This document shows positions 9,691 to 18,950 of a stretch of 64,000 nt of DNA, piece by piece. Made by a program: the position numbers and the translations under genes. Below the pieces are notes generated by a model. That model searched no databases and was not told the origin of the DNA. It saw only the letters and a list, made by a program, of their open reading frames with translations. The stretch is from Polyangiaceae bacterium (lineage in GTDB: Bacteria > Myxococcota_A > Polyangia > Polyangiales > Polyangiaceae), in contig JBILLK010000003.1 of assembly GCA_044376115.1 (NCBI GenBank), forward strand, positions 384,001 to 448,000. Direction: 5' to 3'. Every line of letters starts with the position of its first letter. Within the stretch, counting starts at the first letter, position 1.

Positions 9691-10344
9691 TTGAACCAAG
9701 GCCCGGAACAACGCTCCAGCGTGCGCAAGTTGAGGCCCTGGTTCCTCGTCATCGCCATGCTCACCGTATGGGTCGCAGGCGTGCTCGGGGTCACCTCCGG
9801 CTGCGGCACCGTGATGTATCTGCGTGAAGGCACGATGCCCGATGAGGTTGCTGCGCTCGACACGGCGAAGTCCTCTCCGCAACCGGTGCAAGCGTTGCAG
9901 CAATACGCTGTGGTAGCGCAGCTGCGCGCGGTGGCCGTCTGTAAGCCGGTCACCATGCCGGTGTCGATCGCGCGTGTGCTGCTCTCGATGACGCTGGTGG
10001 CCGCCAGCGCGATGGTGCTCGCGGGTAGGCGCGGCGCGCTCTCCTTCAGCCTGCAGGCGCTCGCAGCGAACACACTGTTCGCGCTCATCGCCTACGGCGT
10101 CACCGCCGAAGTACGCGATCTTTGGATCAGCTCGGTGGTCCAGGCGAGCGGGCAACTCGACTTGCCGGCGGAAGAGGGCATCTACTTCCGCAGCCCCGCC
10201 TTTTGGTACTGGTTTACGCGCGGCGAGCTGATCGTTTTACAGGTTGGCGTGTTGCTCGCGGCGGCGTTTGCGGTGTCTTTGCCGCGTTCGCGGCTTTACT
10301 TGGCAGCGATGGCTGAGCTCGAGCGTCTGCGCGAAGACGAATGA
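9691..10344 (+). CDS. Hypothetical membrane protein (about 4 TM segments)
   Basis: Hydrophobic segments; ATGA overlap with mutL. Start could be GTG at 9721. Confidence 0.7.
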   Translation: MNQGPEQRSSVRKLRPWFLVIAMLTVWVAGVLGVTSGCGTVMYLREGTMPDEVAALDTAKSSPQPVQALQQYAVVAQLRAVAVCKPVTMPVSIARVLLSMTLVAASAMVLAGRRGALSFSLQALAANTLFALIAYGVTAEVRDLWISSVVQASGQLDLPAEEGIYFRSPAFWYWFTRGELIVLQVGVLLAAAFAVSLPRSRLYLAAMAELERLREDE

Positions 10345-12125
10345 GCTCGCGGCGACCGATCGTCGTCCTGCCGGACGAGCTAGCCAATCAGATCGCTGCG
10401 GGCGAGGTGGTCGAGCGACCCGCCAGCATCGTGAAGGAGCTATGCGAAAATTCGATCGACGCGCGCGCCACTCGGGTGGACGTCGAGATCGAGGGGGGTG
10501 GCATCGCGCGGGTGGCGGTGATCGACGACGGCGATGGCATCCCGGCCACCGAGCTCGAAACAGCGCTCATTCGGCACGCCACGAGCAAGATCGCCACCGT
10601 CGAGGATCTTTCGCACATCGGCTCATTCGGCTTTCGAGGCGAGGCCTTGCCGAGCATCGCCTCGGTGAGCCGCTTCGAGATGAGCTCGCGGCCGCGCGAC
10701 GCCAAAGAAGGCCGCAAGCTAACGAACCAGGGCGGGCAACGCGTCGAGCCCTGCGGCATGGCCGTCGGTACGCGGGTGGAGGTGCGCGAGCTTTTTTACA
10801 ACGTACCGGCGCGCCTCAAATTCTTGCGCTCGCTCGCAACTGAATCAGCCCACATCAGCGAGGTCCTCGACGGCATCGCCTTGGCCAACCCAGGAGTAAC
10901 CCTCAGCCTTCACCGCGATGGGCGCAAAGTGCGCGAGTACCTGCGCGCGAGCGACCGCGAGGAGCGGGTGCGTCAGGTGCTGAGCGGCTGGCAGCTGATC
11001 CGCTGCCACGGTCAACTCGGTCCGCTCACGCTCGAGGCCTTCCTCAGCCCGCCGGAGCGAGCTCGCGTAGGTGCCAACAGCTTGTGGCTCTTCGTCAATG
11101 GTCGGCCGGTCAATGATCGAGCGCTGGCCCGTTCGATCGCCCACGCCTACGGCTCGGTGCTCGAACCTGGGCGTTATCCGGTCGGCGTCGTCTATTTGGA
11201 TTTGCCGTTCGAGCTCGTCGACGTGAACGTTCACCCGCAAAAAGCGGAGGTCCGTTTCGCCGATGGTCGGGCCGTACAAGGTGCAGCTCATCGTTTGATC
11301 GAGCGCGGGCTCGCCAGCGCGCTTTCGGGGCAGGCGGGCTTCACCACGGCTCCCACGATCGAGCCTGCGGCTGGCCGAGCGAGCTTGTTCGAGCGTCCGA
11401 GTTCGCTCGAGCTGGTGACCGCCAAACCCCAGTTCGAAGGCAGCGGCTCGCTTCCCGACAACGCCATTCGCGAGCTCGCCTCAACGCTTTACATGCCGCG
11501 CGCCGATGACCCTGCGGCTGAGGTTGCGCTGGCGGAAGGGGATACCGCGATGCCAAAGTCGCTCGGGTTCCTGGCGCAGCTCAAGGGGATGTTCCTTTTG
11601 TGTGAGGCCGAAGACGCGCTGATCATCCTCGATCAGCACGCGGCCGCCGAGCGCGTCACCTTCGATCGCTTGAAGCGCGAGTACGCAGGTCGCACCGTGG
11701 CGCAACAAGTGCTGCTCGTGCCCGAGGTGATCGAGGCCAGCGCCGAAGAGTTGAGCACCGCGGAGGAGCTGCGTGAGACCTGCTTGGCGATGGGCGTGGA
11801 CGTCCGCGCGATCGGGCCGGGGCGCTTGGGCGTCTTCGCGGTTCCGCAGATCCTCGCCCGTCGTGATCCGCGCGTGCTCGCGACCCGCTTGCTAGCCGAA
11901 CTGGGTCGCAAGAGCGGCCGGGACTTCTCGCAGGCGGTGGACCTCGCGTTAGCGACCATGGCCTGTCACGGCTCGATTCGCGCGGGGGAGATCGTGGCTC
12001 CGGAGGTCGCGCGCGAGCTGTTGAGTGCACTCACGAAGATCGACTTCGCGGGGCATTGCCCGCATGGTCGGCCCATCCTTTGCCGCCTTCCGCTGCGCGA
12101 CCTGCGCCAGCGCGTTGGCCGATAA
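10341..12125 (+). CDS. mutL: DNA mismatch repair endonuclease MutL
   Basis: NQIAAGEVVERP, GFRGEAL, VDVNVHPQK; endonuclease motifs DQHAAAER, ACH, CPHGRP. Confidence 0.97.
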   Translation: MSSRRPIVVLPDELANQIAAGEVVERPASIVKELCENSIDARATRVDVEIEGGGIARVAVIDDGDGIPATELETALIRHATSKIATVEDLSHIGSFGFRGEALPSIASVSRFEMSSRPRDAKEGRKLTNQGGQRVEPCGMAVGTRVEVRELFYNVPARLKFLRSLATESAHISEVLDGIALANPGVTLSLHRDGRKVREYLRASDREERVRQVLSGWQLIRCHGQLGPLTLEAFLSPPERARVGANSLWLFVNGRPVNDRALARSIAHAYGSVLEPGRYPVGVVYLDLPFELVDVNVHPQKAEVRFADGRAVQGAAHRLIERGLASALSGQAGFTTAPTIEPAAGRASLFERPSSLELVTAKPQFEGSGSLPDNAIRELASTLYMPRADDPAAEVALAEGDTAMPKSLGFLAQLKGMFLLCEAEDALIILDQHAAAERVTFDRLKREYAGRTVAQQVLLVPEVIEASAEELSTAEELRETCLAMGVDVRAIGPGRLGVFAVPQILARRDPRVLATRLLAELGRKSGRDFSQAVDLALATMACHGSIRAGEIVAPEVARELLSALTKIDFAGHCPHGRPILCRLPLRDLRQRVGR

Positions 12126-12132
12126 GAGAGCG

Positions 12133-13038
12133 ATGAACGCCCTTCGTTGGACCGAGATCGACCCGCAGCGCATGCCCGAGCTTTGGGTCGTCGTCGGTCC
12201 CACTGCGTCGGGCAAAAGTGAGCTCGCCATGCGGCTGTGCGAGCGTTGGAACGGGGAGATCGTCAGCGCCGACAGCGTGCAGGTCTACAAGCACTTCGAT
12301 CTCGGCTCCGGCAAACCGTCGACTGAAGACAAAGCGCGCGCGCCTCATCACCTGATCGATCTCAACGAACCCACCGTTCCACTCGATGCCGGCGCCTATG
12401 CGACTCTCGCCGACGCTGCCATCGCCGACATCCGCGCGCGAGGCAAACAGCCGGTCGTTTGTGGTGGCACCTTCCTTTGGGTCAAAGCCTTGGTGCGCGG
12501 TCTCGCTGAGGGTGCGCCGGCCAATCCCGAATTGCGCGAGCAACACCGTTTGCTCGCCGAGCGCGAAGGGCGAGCGGCGTTGCATGAGCAACTGCGGCTC
12601 GTTGATCCGGTGGCCGCCGCGCAGTTGAACCCCAACGACTTCATCCGCGTCTCGCGCGCGCTGGAGGTGTACGAGGTGGCCGGCATCCCGCAATCGGAGT
12701 GGCACAAGCAGCACGCCTTCGCGACCGAGCGGCATCCCCACAAGCTCTTCCGCGTGCATCGCCGGCCGGAGGAGCTGGATCGCAGGATCGCGCAGCGAGT
12801 CGACGGCTGGCTCGAACAAGGCTGGGTCGAAGAAGTGCGCAGCTTGATCGAACGCGGCTTCGGGGACACACGGGCGATGGGTTCGGTCGGCTATCGGGAG
12901 GTGAAGGCCTTCCTCGAGGGCGAGGTGCCCGAGGCTGAACTCGCGCAGCGCATCGTGCAAAAGACGCGCATCTTCGTGCGTAGGCAGCGCACCTGGCTGC
13001 GCGATCTAGAACTCACCGAGGTCGACCTCGACGACTAG
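12133..13038 (+). CDS. miaA: tRNA dimethylallyltransferase
   Basis: GPTASGKS, SADSVQVY, GGT, RALEV, SVGYRE, RRQRTW; follows mutL. Confidence 0.96.
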   Translation: MNALRWTEIDPQRMPELWVVVGPTASGKSELAMRLCERWNGEIVSADSVQVYKHFDLGSGKPSTEDKARAPHHLIDLNEPTVPLDAGAYATLADAAIADIRARGKQPVVCGGTFLWVKALVRGLAEGAPANPELREQHRLLAEREGRAALHEQLRLVDPVAAAQLNPNDFIRVSRALEVYEVAGIPQSEWHKQHAFATERHPHKLFRVHRRPEELDRRIAQRVDGWLEQGWVEEVRSLIERGFGDTRAMGSVGYREVKAFLEGEVPEAELAQRIVQKTRIFVRRQRTWLRDLELTEVDLDD

Positions 13039-13042
13039 CCGC

Positions 13043-13081
13043 GCGGCGCACCGAGCCACCCGCGCGGCGGCGCACCGAGCC
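13043..13081. repeat. 15-bp direct repeat GCGGCGCACCGAGCC, two copies
   Basis: Copies at 13043-13057 and 13067-13081, in the gap between convergent genes. Confidence 0.75.
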
Positions 13082-13083
13082 GC

Positions 13084-14388
13084 TCAGCTCTCGGCTGCGA
13101 TGCGATCGCGAAAATCGATCAGCCCTGCGTGCGAGAACAACGTCGGCCGTTGATCACATTGCGCCCGGCCTAGCGGGCTCGTCATCTGGTTGCGGTAAAG
13201 CTCGGTCGCCGCATCCCCGAGCAGGTCTCGCGCCCGGTTCGCCGCTGCACGCGCAAGGCCCAGTTCTCGCGTTGCGTCGCCTCCAGCGCGTGCACGCGCC
13301 ACGGCTTGTTCAGCCAAGACCACGAGCTCCCCAGCGTCGAGCAGCGAATCGGAACCGCGACCAAAGCTCTGTTCATCGCTCGGGTCTTCGATTGTAAAGC
13401 GGCCAACCACCAGCTGGCCCACCCGCAGCTCGAACACCTTCTCTTCGCTCTGGGGATGCACCTCGACCGCGCCGTTGAAGGAGAACTCCATCCGCGTCTT
13501 GGCCTCGAGCATCGTACGAGCTCGCAGCGGCGGGCATTCGAGCGAAAGCGGAAGGCTCGCGACGGGCTTTGCGAACGCCTCCATGATCACCTCCGCCAGG
13601 TAGTCCGACGGCTCCGTTGGGCGCGTCTGCCATACGCCCGCAAGGGCCAGCGCGCCCCACGCGACCAAGCCGCGTAAATCCTCGCGTCGATCGCTCGCCG
13701 CGTAGTGCGCTTCATGTTTGGCCAGCACCGTTTGAAAAGCCGCCTGTTTATCGGCCGCTCCCAGCGCATTCACGACAGGCAGCAACAGCTCCTCGACGCG
13801 GCTACGAAAGTACTCGGGCGTCGCAGCCAACGTTACCGCTAGCTCATCGCTGGTAAGCGGCGTCGTTTTCGCCCCGAGCAGCTGCCTTAACAATCCGCGG
13901 ACGGCCTCGCGAGCTGGCACCAAGGAGCGCAACGCCTCGTCGGCCACGCCGTCGGTCGCTGCACGAAGCGCCTGTTGCGCGCGCTCGTCGCCCGCTGCCA
14001 TCGCCAGGAACGCCGCGCGCATGAAGTCGGTGGTGTCGATCGCGCGTTGTTCTTTGGGTATGCGCAGACCAACGGAAGAGCCATCTGCTACGAGCACCGC
14101 CGCTTCTGCAAATTGGTCTGCTAGCGCAAGATTGGAGGCAAGCGCAGCTGCACTCGAGAGCGCCACCGCCTTACCCAGCAGCTTCGGTGATGGCAGCCAT
14201 TCCCGCCCATTCACCGAAGCTACACCGGCCAGCTTGAAGACCAGCTCAGCGAGCTCCCATCCGCGAGCGAGCCGCAGCTCGCTGCGTTTGCTGCCGTCGC
14301 CCTCCTCGGTCATGGAGCTGATTTCTTCCGCGCGAGCGAGCAAGGCCCGCGCGAACTCGACGCTGACTTCGACTTGGCTTCGTGCCAT
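13084..14388 (-). CDS. Imm49-like immunity domain fused to an uncharacterised C-terminal domain
   Basis: FQTVLAKHEAHY...RGLVAWGALALA...TEPSDYL resembles the conserved Imm49 C-terminal segment. Confidence 0.55.
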   Translation of the reverse strand: MARSQVEVSVEFARALLARAEEISSMTEEGDGSKRSELRLARGWELAELVFKLAGVASVNGREWLPSPKLLGKAVALSSAAALASNLALADQFAEAAVLVADGSSVGLRIPKEQRAIDTTDFMRAAFLAMAAGDERAQQALRAATDGVADEALRSLVPAREAVRGLLRQLLGAKTTPLTSDELAVTLAATPEYFRSRVEELLLPVVNALGAADKQAAFQTVLAKHEAHYAASDRREDLRGLVAWGALALAGVWQTRPTEPSDYLAEVIMEAFAKPVASLPLSLECPPLRARTMLEAKTRMEFSFNGAVEVHPQSEEKVFELRVGQLVVGRFTIEDPSDEQSFGRGSDSLLDAGELVVLAEQAVARARAGGDATRELGLARAAANRARDLLGDAATELYRNQMTSPLGRAQCDQRPTLFSHAGLIDFRDRIAAES

Positions 14389-14427
14389 GGCGGCGATCCT
14401 AGCAGCCCCACCCATGCGGGGACCTCG

Positions 14428-14994
14428 TCAGTTGATCTTCACACCGATGACGAGAATGCCGCCGTTGTACTTCTGCCCAGCGATGAAAAAGTATTCACCC
14501 TTCAGCGCATTGACGTCGAGGCCCGGGAGGAACTGCTTGCCGTCGGCCTTCTCGATGGTCGCCGAGACGACGAACTTCGTCGGATCGTCCTTCTTCTTGC
14601 CGCGCGAGACCTCTTTGAACATCAGCGCGAGCTTGCCACCGTCGGGGAGCTTCTTGTCCTTGGCCTCACCCTTGGGCAACTTGAGGTCGTACTTCTCGAG
14701 CAATTTGTAGGAGTTGTACGACGAGAATGGCGGCCGCTCGAGCGCCGGGATCTTACCGATGCTCGGGTCGATGCCTTTGCCGTCATTGGTGGCATGAAGC
14801 ACGATCACCTCGGCCTGGACCTCGTTGATCGGAACTTCCTTCTTGTCGTCCGCCCCAACCTTGCTCAGCTCGAGCTGGCGGCCCAGCTCGACCTTGGGCT
14901 GCTCTGCGGCTTCATCCGCCGTGAAGGACTGAGCCTCGTTCGATGCGAACGCAGCGCACAGAAGAGCGATTCCGCCGACCATCCAACTTCTCAT
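14428..14994 (-). CDS. Secreted hypothetical protein downstream of the anti-sigma factor
   Basis: GGAGG RBS, signal peptide, beta-rich C-terminal domain (PPFSSYNSYKLL...FFIAGQKY). Confidence 0.75.
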   Translation of the reverse strand: MRSWMVGGIALLCAAFASNEAQSFTADEAAEQPKVELGRQLELSKVGADDKKEVPINEVQAEVIVLHATNDGKGIDPSIGKIPALERPPFSSYNSYKLLEKYDLKLPKGEAKDKKLPDGGKLALMFKEVSRGKKKDDPTKFVVSATIEKADGKQFLPGLDVNALKGEYFFIAGQKYNGGILVIGVKIN

Positions 14995-15027
14995 TGCAGC
15001 CTCCAGCACACACTTCGATCGACGTTC

Positions 15028-15702
15028 TCAGTCATCTGCGAGCCAAACGACCGTGGTGGTCGCTCCTCCCCGCGGTTCATCTACGTAGTAAACAGCTCCG
15101 ATTCGCGAGCCGAAGTCCACCGATGCGACCTCTACAGGCGGCAGCCCGCGGTCCTCTTCTTGTTGTTGCAAGGGCTTGCTCGGCGCCGCGGCCAGCGTCG
15201 GCGCTGCAGGCTCGGCCGCAGCCACCTCATCGGCGGCGACCCTCGGTTCACTTGGAACTTGGGCCAAAGGAGCGTCGGTCGCCGAACGACCCCACACGAA
15301 TAGGGCTACTGCGGCCGCTGCCGCGAGGCCGGTCAGCCCAAACAGCAGACGACCGTTGTCGTTCGCCGCTGACGCGCTTTTCGCGGGGCTCTTCGGAGTG
15401 AGGGAGAGCACTTGCGCAGGTTTGGCTGTTTCCGCCGGCTTGGTCGAAAGCTTGGGTCGGGCCTCAAGCTTGGCTTCGGCTTGGTCGAAGTCAGCAACCC
15501 CCTTCATGATCGCGTCGCTCAGGTCGGGCAGCTGGGCCTTCCCCGCGGTTTCCCGAACGAACACGCCAAGCGCGTTCATCCCCCGCAGTTTGGCCGCCGC
15601 CTGCTCATCCCCGTCGAGTAGCGCTTGAAGCTCGGCCTGCCGCGACGGCTCGAGTTCACCGTCGTGGAACATCATCCATTCGAGATCAGTAGGAGGCTTC
15701 AT
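15028..15702 (-). CDS. Putative transmembrane anti-sigma factor
   Basis: N-terminal MFHDGELEP motif, single TM segment, 4-nt overlap with the ECF sigma gene. Confidence 0.78.
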   Translation of the reverse strand: MKPPTDLEWMMFHDGELEPSRQAELQALLDGDEQAAAKLRGMNALGVFVRETAGKAQLPDLSDAIMKGVADFDQAEAKLEARPKLSTKPAETAKPAQVLSLTPKSPAKSASAANDNGRLLFGLTGLAAAAAVALFVWGRSATDAPLAQVPSEPRVAADEVAAAEPAAPTLAAAPSKPLQQQEEDRGLPPVEVASVDFGSRIGAVYYVDEPRGGATTTVVWLADD

Positions 15703-16613
15703 ACTTCTTCTTCCGCCTGAGACTCATCGTGGTCGGCGCCGATCTCTTTCAACGGCACCTCAACTTGTTTACGGAGCCCGTCCCCGCGCGGGGCTGTGAC
15801 GTCCAACTCGGCGTACACGTCAGCGAGCGCTTTTTGCATCTTTTGACGGGCGTGAAAGAGGCGGCTCATGATCGTCCCCTTCGACACGGACATGGCCTCG
15901 GCCATCTCCTCGTAGGAGAGGCCTTCAACCTCACGCATAATGATGACAGCGCGGTGGTAGGGCGGCAGCGCGGCAAGGGCTGCCTCGATGCGGGCCGACA
16001 TCTCCTTGCGTCGGACCACATCGATCGGGTCTGCGCCGTCGATCCGTGAGACGAGGGCAAAATCCCCCTCGGCCTCTTCGGAGACGTCTCGCGACTCGTC
16101 CAGCTCGGCCCCTTTGCGGCCTGGCTTGCGCATGAGGTCGATCGCCAGGTTCGTGACGATGCGATAGAGCCAGGTGAAGAAGGACGACCCACCTTCGAAG
16201 GTGTTGATGCCCTTGTAGACCCGGAGAAACGCCTCTTGGACGATCTCGCGAGCGTCATTCTCATCGCGAACGAGCCCAACAGCGATGGCGAAGGCCCTGC
16301 GCTGATGGCGGTCGACCAGCTTCCGGAACGCCAAGCGGCGCGCCACGCTGTCACCATTTTGAGCTTGTTCAATAAGGGCACGGTCTTCCTCGGCTTCGCG
16401 AACTCGAAACTCCTTGTTGGACGCTTCGTTTCCACGGCTATTCACCGAGCCGTCCCGTCCGCGTGATCGGGCCTCCGAGACAATCGCCGCGCGCTGGGCT
16501 GCGGGGCTGGCGGCCTCTCCGCCCGGCTCCTGCGGGGAGTCAGCAGGCGAGACTCCACCGTCACTCGCGGACGGAGTGGGTCCTTTGCCGTTCGAACCAA
16601 TTCCGGGAGCCAC
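15699..16613 (-). CDS. ECF (RpoE-type) sigma factor
   Basis: EIVQEAFLRVY, SSFFTWLYRIVTN, EGLSYEEMA, GTIMSRLFHAR. Confidence 0.93.
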   Translation of the reverse strand: MAPGIGSNGKGPTPSASDGGVSPADSPQEPGGEAASPAAQRAAIVSEARSRGRDGSVNSRGNEASNKEFRVREAEEDRALIEQAQNGDSVARRLAFRKLVDRHQRRAFAIAVGLVRDENDAREIVQEAFLRVYKGINTFEGGSSFFTWLYRIVTNLAIDLMRKPGRKGAELDESRDVSEEAEGDFALVSRIDGADPIDVVRRKEMSARIEAALAALPPYHRAVIIMREVEGLSYEEMAEAMSVSKGTIMSRLFHARQKMQKALADVYAELDVTAPRGDGLRKQVEVPLKEIGADHDESQAEEEV

Positions 16614-16670
16614 GAGGAGCGCAAGCTATAGCACGGTTGCCGATACCGACGTTCCTTGTTGCGCCGCTCG

Positions 16671-17765
16671 TCAGTTGTTCTCGGGCAACGCCGAGAGCGT
16701 CACCTTGAGGTCCTGCTCTTTGCCGCCTCGAACGACTCGAACCGTGGCCGGTTGCCCAACGCCGGCGATGCTGGCGTACCAGCGCAGCGCCTCCGGCCCA
16801 TCGACCGCGTTGCCGTTGAAAGCGACGATCACGTCATCCACCTTCATGCCTGCCGCCTCGGCGGGCCCGCCGCCCTGTACGTCCTTCACCCAAGCGCCCT
16901 TTTTCGAGCTCAGGCGCCCCGTCACGTCCTTCACTTCACCAACAATCACGCCGATCGCGCTGCGGCGAATGCTGCCGTACTTCAGCAGGATCGGCAGGAT
17001 GTCTTTGACCATGTTGATCGGGATGGTGAAGCCGATGCCGTTCGCGTTGGCGCGAATCGCCGAGTTGATGCCGACCACCTCACCTTGGAGGTTCAGTAGC
17101 GGGCCGCCCGAGTTGCCTGGATTGATGCTCGCGTCGGTCTGCAGGAAGGAAAAGTAGCCGGACGGATCCAAGCCGTTGACGTCCTCACGCGTTCGGCCCC
17201 GAGCACTCAAGATGCCCGCCGAAACAGTGTGCGAAAGACCAAACGGGTGGCCGATGGCCATCACCCAGTCCCCAACCAGGGCCTGGTCAGAGTTGCCGAG
17301 CGGTAGGGCTGGAAGACCTTTCCCCTCGACCTTGAGCACTGCAACGTCAGTGCGTTTGTCTGATCCCACCACGGTCGCGCTGAACTCGCGCCCGTCCTTG
17401 AACCCGACCTTGATCGACTGGGCGTTCTCGATCACGTGATGGTTCGTGAGCAAGAAGCCATCGGCGTCATAAACGAACGCCGTTCCCATCCCCTCGCCGC
17501 GCCGTAAGGAAGCTTTCACCTGCGCCACGCTCGGATCGACTCGCTCCACGAGCGGGGCGAAGGACATCGGCCGGCTGGTGAGATCGATGGGTACCAGCGG
17601 GGCTTGTGCCGGTAGCTGAGGGAGCGCATCGCGCGGAGTCGGCGTCTCCTCGTCGCTCTCTTTCTGCTTCTTCCCGAGCCCAAGCCGGTCGCACCCTGCG
17701 TTTGCGGTTGCGACCAAAACGAGTGCGATCACCCAGGCTCGACGCGCTGCTCTACCGATTGCCAC
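16671..17765 (-). CDS. HtrA/DegP-family serine protease with one PDZ domain, lipoprotein
   Basis: LTNHHV, DVAVLK, QTDASINPGNSGGP; lipobox NAGC. Confidence 0.93.
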   Translation of the reverse strand: MAIGRAARRAWVIALVLVATANAGCDRLGLGKKQKESDEETPTPRDALPQLPAQAPLVPIDLTSRPMSFAPLVERVDPSVAQVKASLRRGEGMGTAFVYDADGFLLTNHHVIENAQSIKVGFKDGREFSATVVGSDKRTDVAVLKVEGKGLPALPLGNSDQALVGDWVMAIGHPFGLSHTVSAGILSARGRTREDVNGLDPSGYFSFLQTDASINPGNSGGPLLNLQGEVVGINSAIRANANGIGFTIPINMVKDILPILLKYGSIRRSAIGVIVGEVKDVTGRLSSKKGAWVKDVQGGGPAEAAGMKVDDVIVAFNGNAVDGPEALRWYASIAGVGQPATVRVVRGGKEQDLKVTLSALPENN

Positions 17766-18015
17766 GCAGCTCAGCGTAGCGCGCTTTCAGATCCGTCAAG
17801 GCCTGATCCAGGAGGCGCTCCTCATCTCCCGTGAGATTGCCCTTGGTCTTGTTCTGCAGGACGACCAGAAGATCGATGTTTTGGCGCGCGAGATCAAAGT
17901 TGACCTCAGCTGGCTCATCCGCGTCCGGCGGCGCGTCCCCCATGTGGACGTAGGCCGAGCCGATGATCCCCAGGACGAACGTGGCGAAGTCGAGCTGAGG
18001 AAGGTCCTGAGTCAC
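17752..18015 (-). CDS. DUF1844-type small protein
   Basis: LDFATFVL...ARQNIDLL...KTKGNLT.DE.RLL. Confidence 0.85.
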   Translation of the reverse strand: MTQDLPQLDFATFVLGIIGSAYVHMGDAPPDADEPAEVNFDLARQNIDLLVVLQNKTKGNLTGDEERLLDQALTDLKARYAELRGNR

Positions 18016-18236
18016 GACGCCTCGTCTTCCTCGTCGAGTTCTTCCTCTTCATCCACGCCGAAGAGAGCGGGCTGTTCCAAGCCAATTTCCTCGCCCTTCG
18101 CCTCAGAATCGGGGAGCTCGGCCAAGTGCTTCTCGAGCGTCTTTGCGTCGAGCAGGCCGTTGGTGAGGAAACGCTCGCGAACGCGAACATCGAGGAGGTC
18201 AGGGCCAAAGGTGGGTTTCGAGGCTGTCTTCGTCAT
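18012..18236 (-). CDS. Small acidic hypothetical protein
   Basis: MTKTASKPTFGPDLLDVRVRERFL...; overlaps the DUF1844 start by 4 nt. Confidence 0.7.
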   Translation of the reverse strand: MTKTASKPTFGPDLLDVRVRERFLTNGLLDAKTLEKHLAELPDSEAKGEEIGLEQPALFGVDEEEELDEEDEAS

Positions 18237-18285
18237 GGGGCACCGTACTCTTACGCAGTCAGGCGGTAGAGAAAAGAAAAGAACT

Positions 18286-18879
18286 TCAGGATCGACGGGC
18301 TTTGAGCTCGACGAGTTGACTATCTGCCGCGGCAGCAGCCGCATGTTCAGCGTCTTGTTCGGCGTTTTCACCGTGATTGTGGGCTTGGCCACAGCCGCAA
18401 GCGTCCGCCTCGAGCTCGGCGCGCGCCTCGGCGATTTCCTCGTCGGTGGCGTCGCGAACGGCGAGAACGGCCACCTCGAGGCGTACGACCTTGCCGGCAA
18501 GCGGATGGTTGGTGTCCACCACCAGCGTCTCCGGACGAACCTCGAGCACGCGCATGACGACGTCACCGTCCGGACCCGAGGCGACGAACTCCTCGCCCAC
18601 CGTCAGGTCATCGGAGCCCTCCAAGCCGTCTTTCTCCAGCTCGAAGATCCCCTCAGCGTCATGTGAACCGAACGCCTCGTCGGGTTGAGCAACGAGCGAG
18701 CGCTTTTGACCGGCGGCCATGCCCTTGAGCCCCGTCTCGAGCACCGGCAACACCTGGCCGTAGCCTTGAATGTAGTCGGCGCGAATCGGCTCGTCGGTCA
18801 GCTGCTCGCCCGACACGTGGTCGAAAAGCGTGTATTCGAGCTCAACGTGCGTGTCTGTTGCAACCAGGGCAGCGGTCAT
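18286..18879 (-). CDS. slyD: FKBP-type peptidyl-prolyl isomerase SlyD
   Basis: LEYTL, EAFG, VDTNHPLAGK, VRDATDEEI, short Cys/His tail. Confidence 0.9.
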   Translation of the reverse strand: MTAALVATDTHVELEYTLFDHVSGEQLTDEPIRADYIQGYGQVLPVLETGLKGMAAGQKRSLVAQPDEAFGSHDAEGIFELEKDGLEGSDDLTVGEEFVASGPDGDVVMRVLEVRPETLVVDTNHPLAGKVVRLEVAVLAVRDATDEEIAEARAELEADACGCGQAHNHGENAEQDAEHAAAAAADSQLVELKARRS

Positions 18880-18950
18880 GGCGCACTCCCTATTCGTTTG
18901 CGATCGAGGGAGCAAGCGCCGGCGTCGCCTCGCGATGCTAAAGAGCGCAC

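Noticed and set aside
16625..16660. Possible ECF autoregulatory promoter (GGAAC-N16-GTGC on the minus strand)
   Set aside because: The -10 match is too weak to support without knowing the ECF group.
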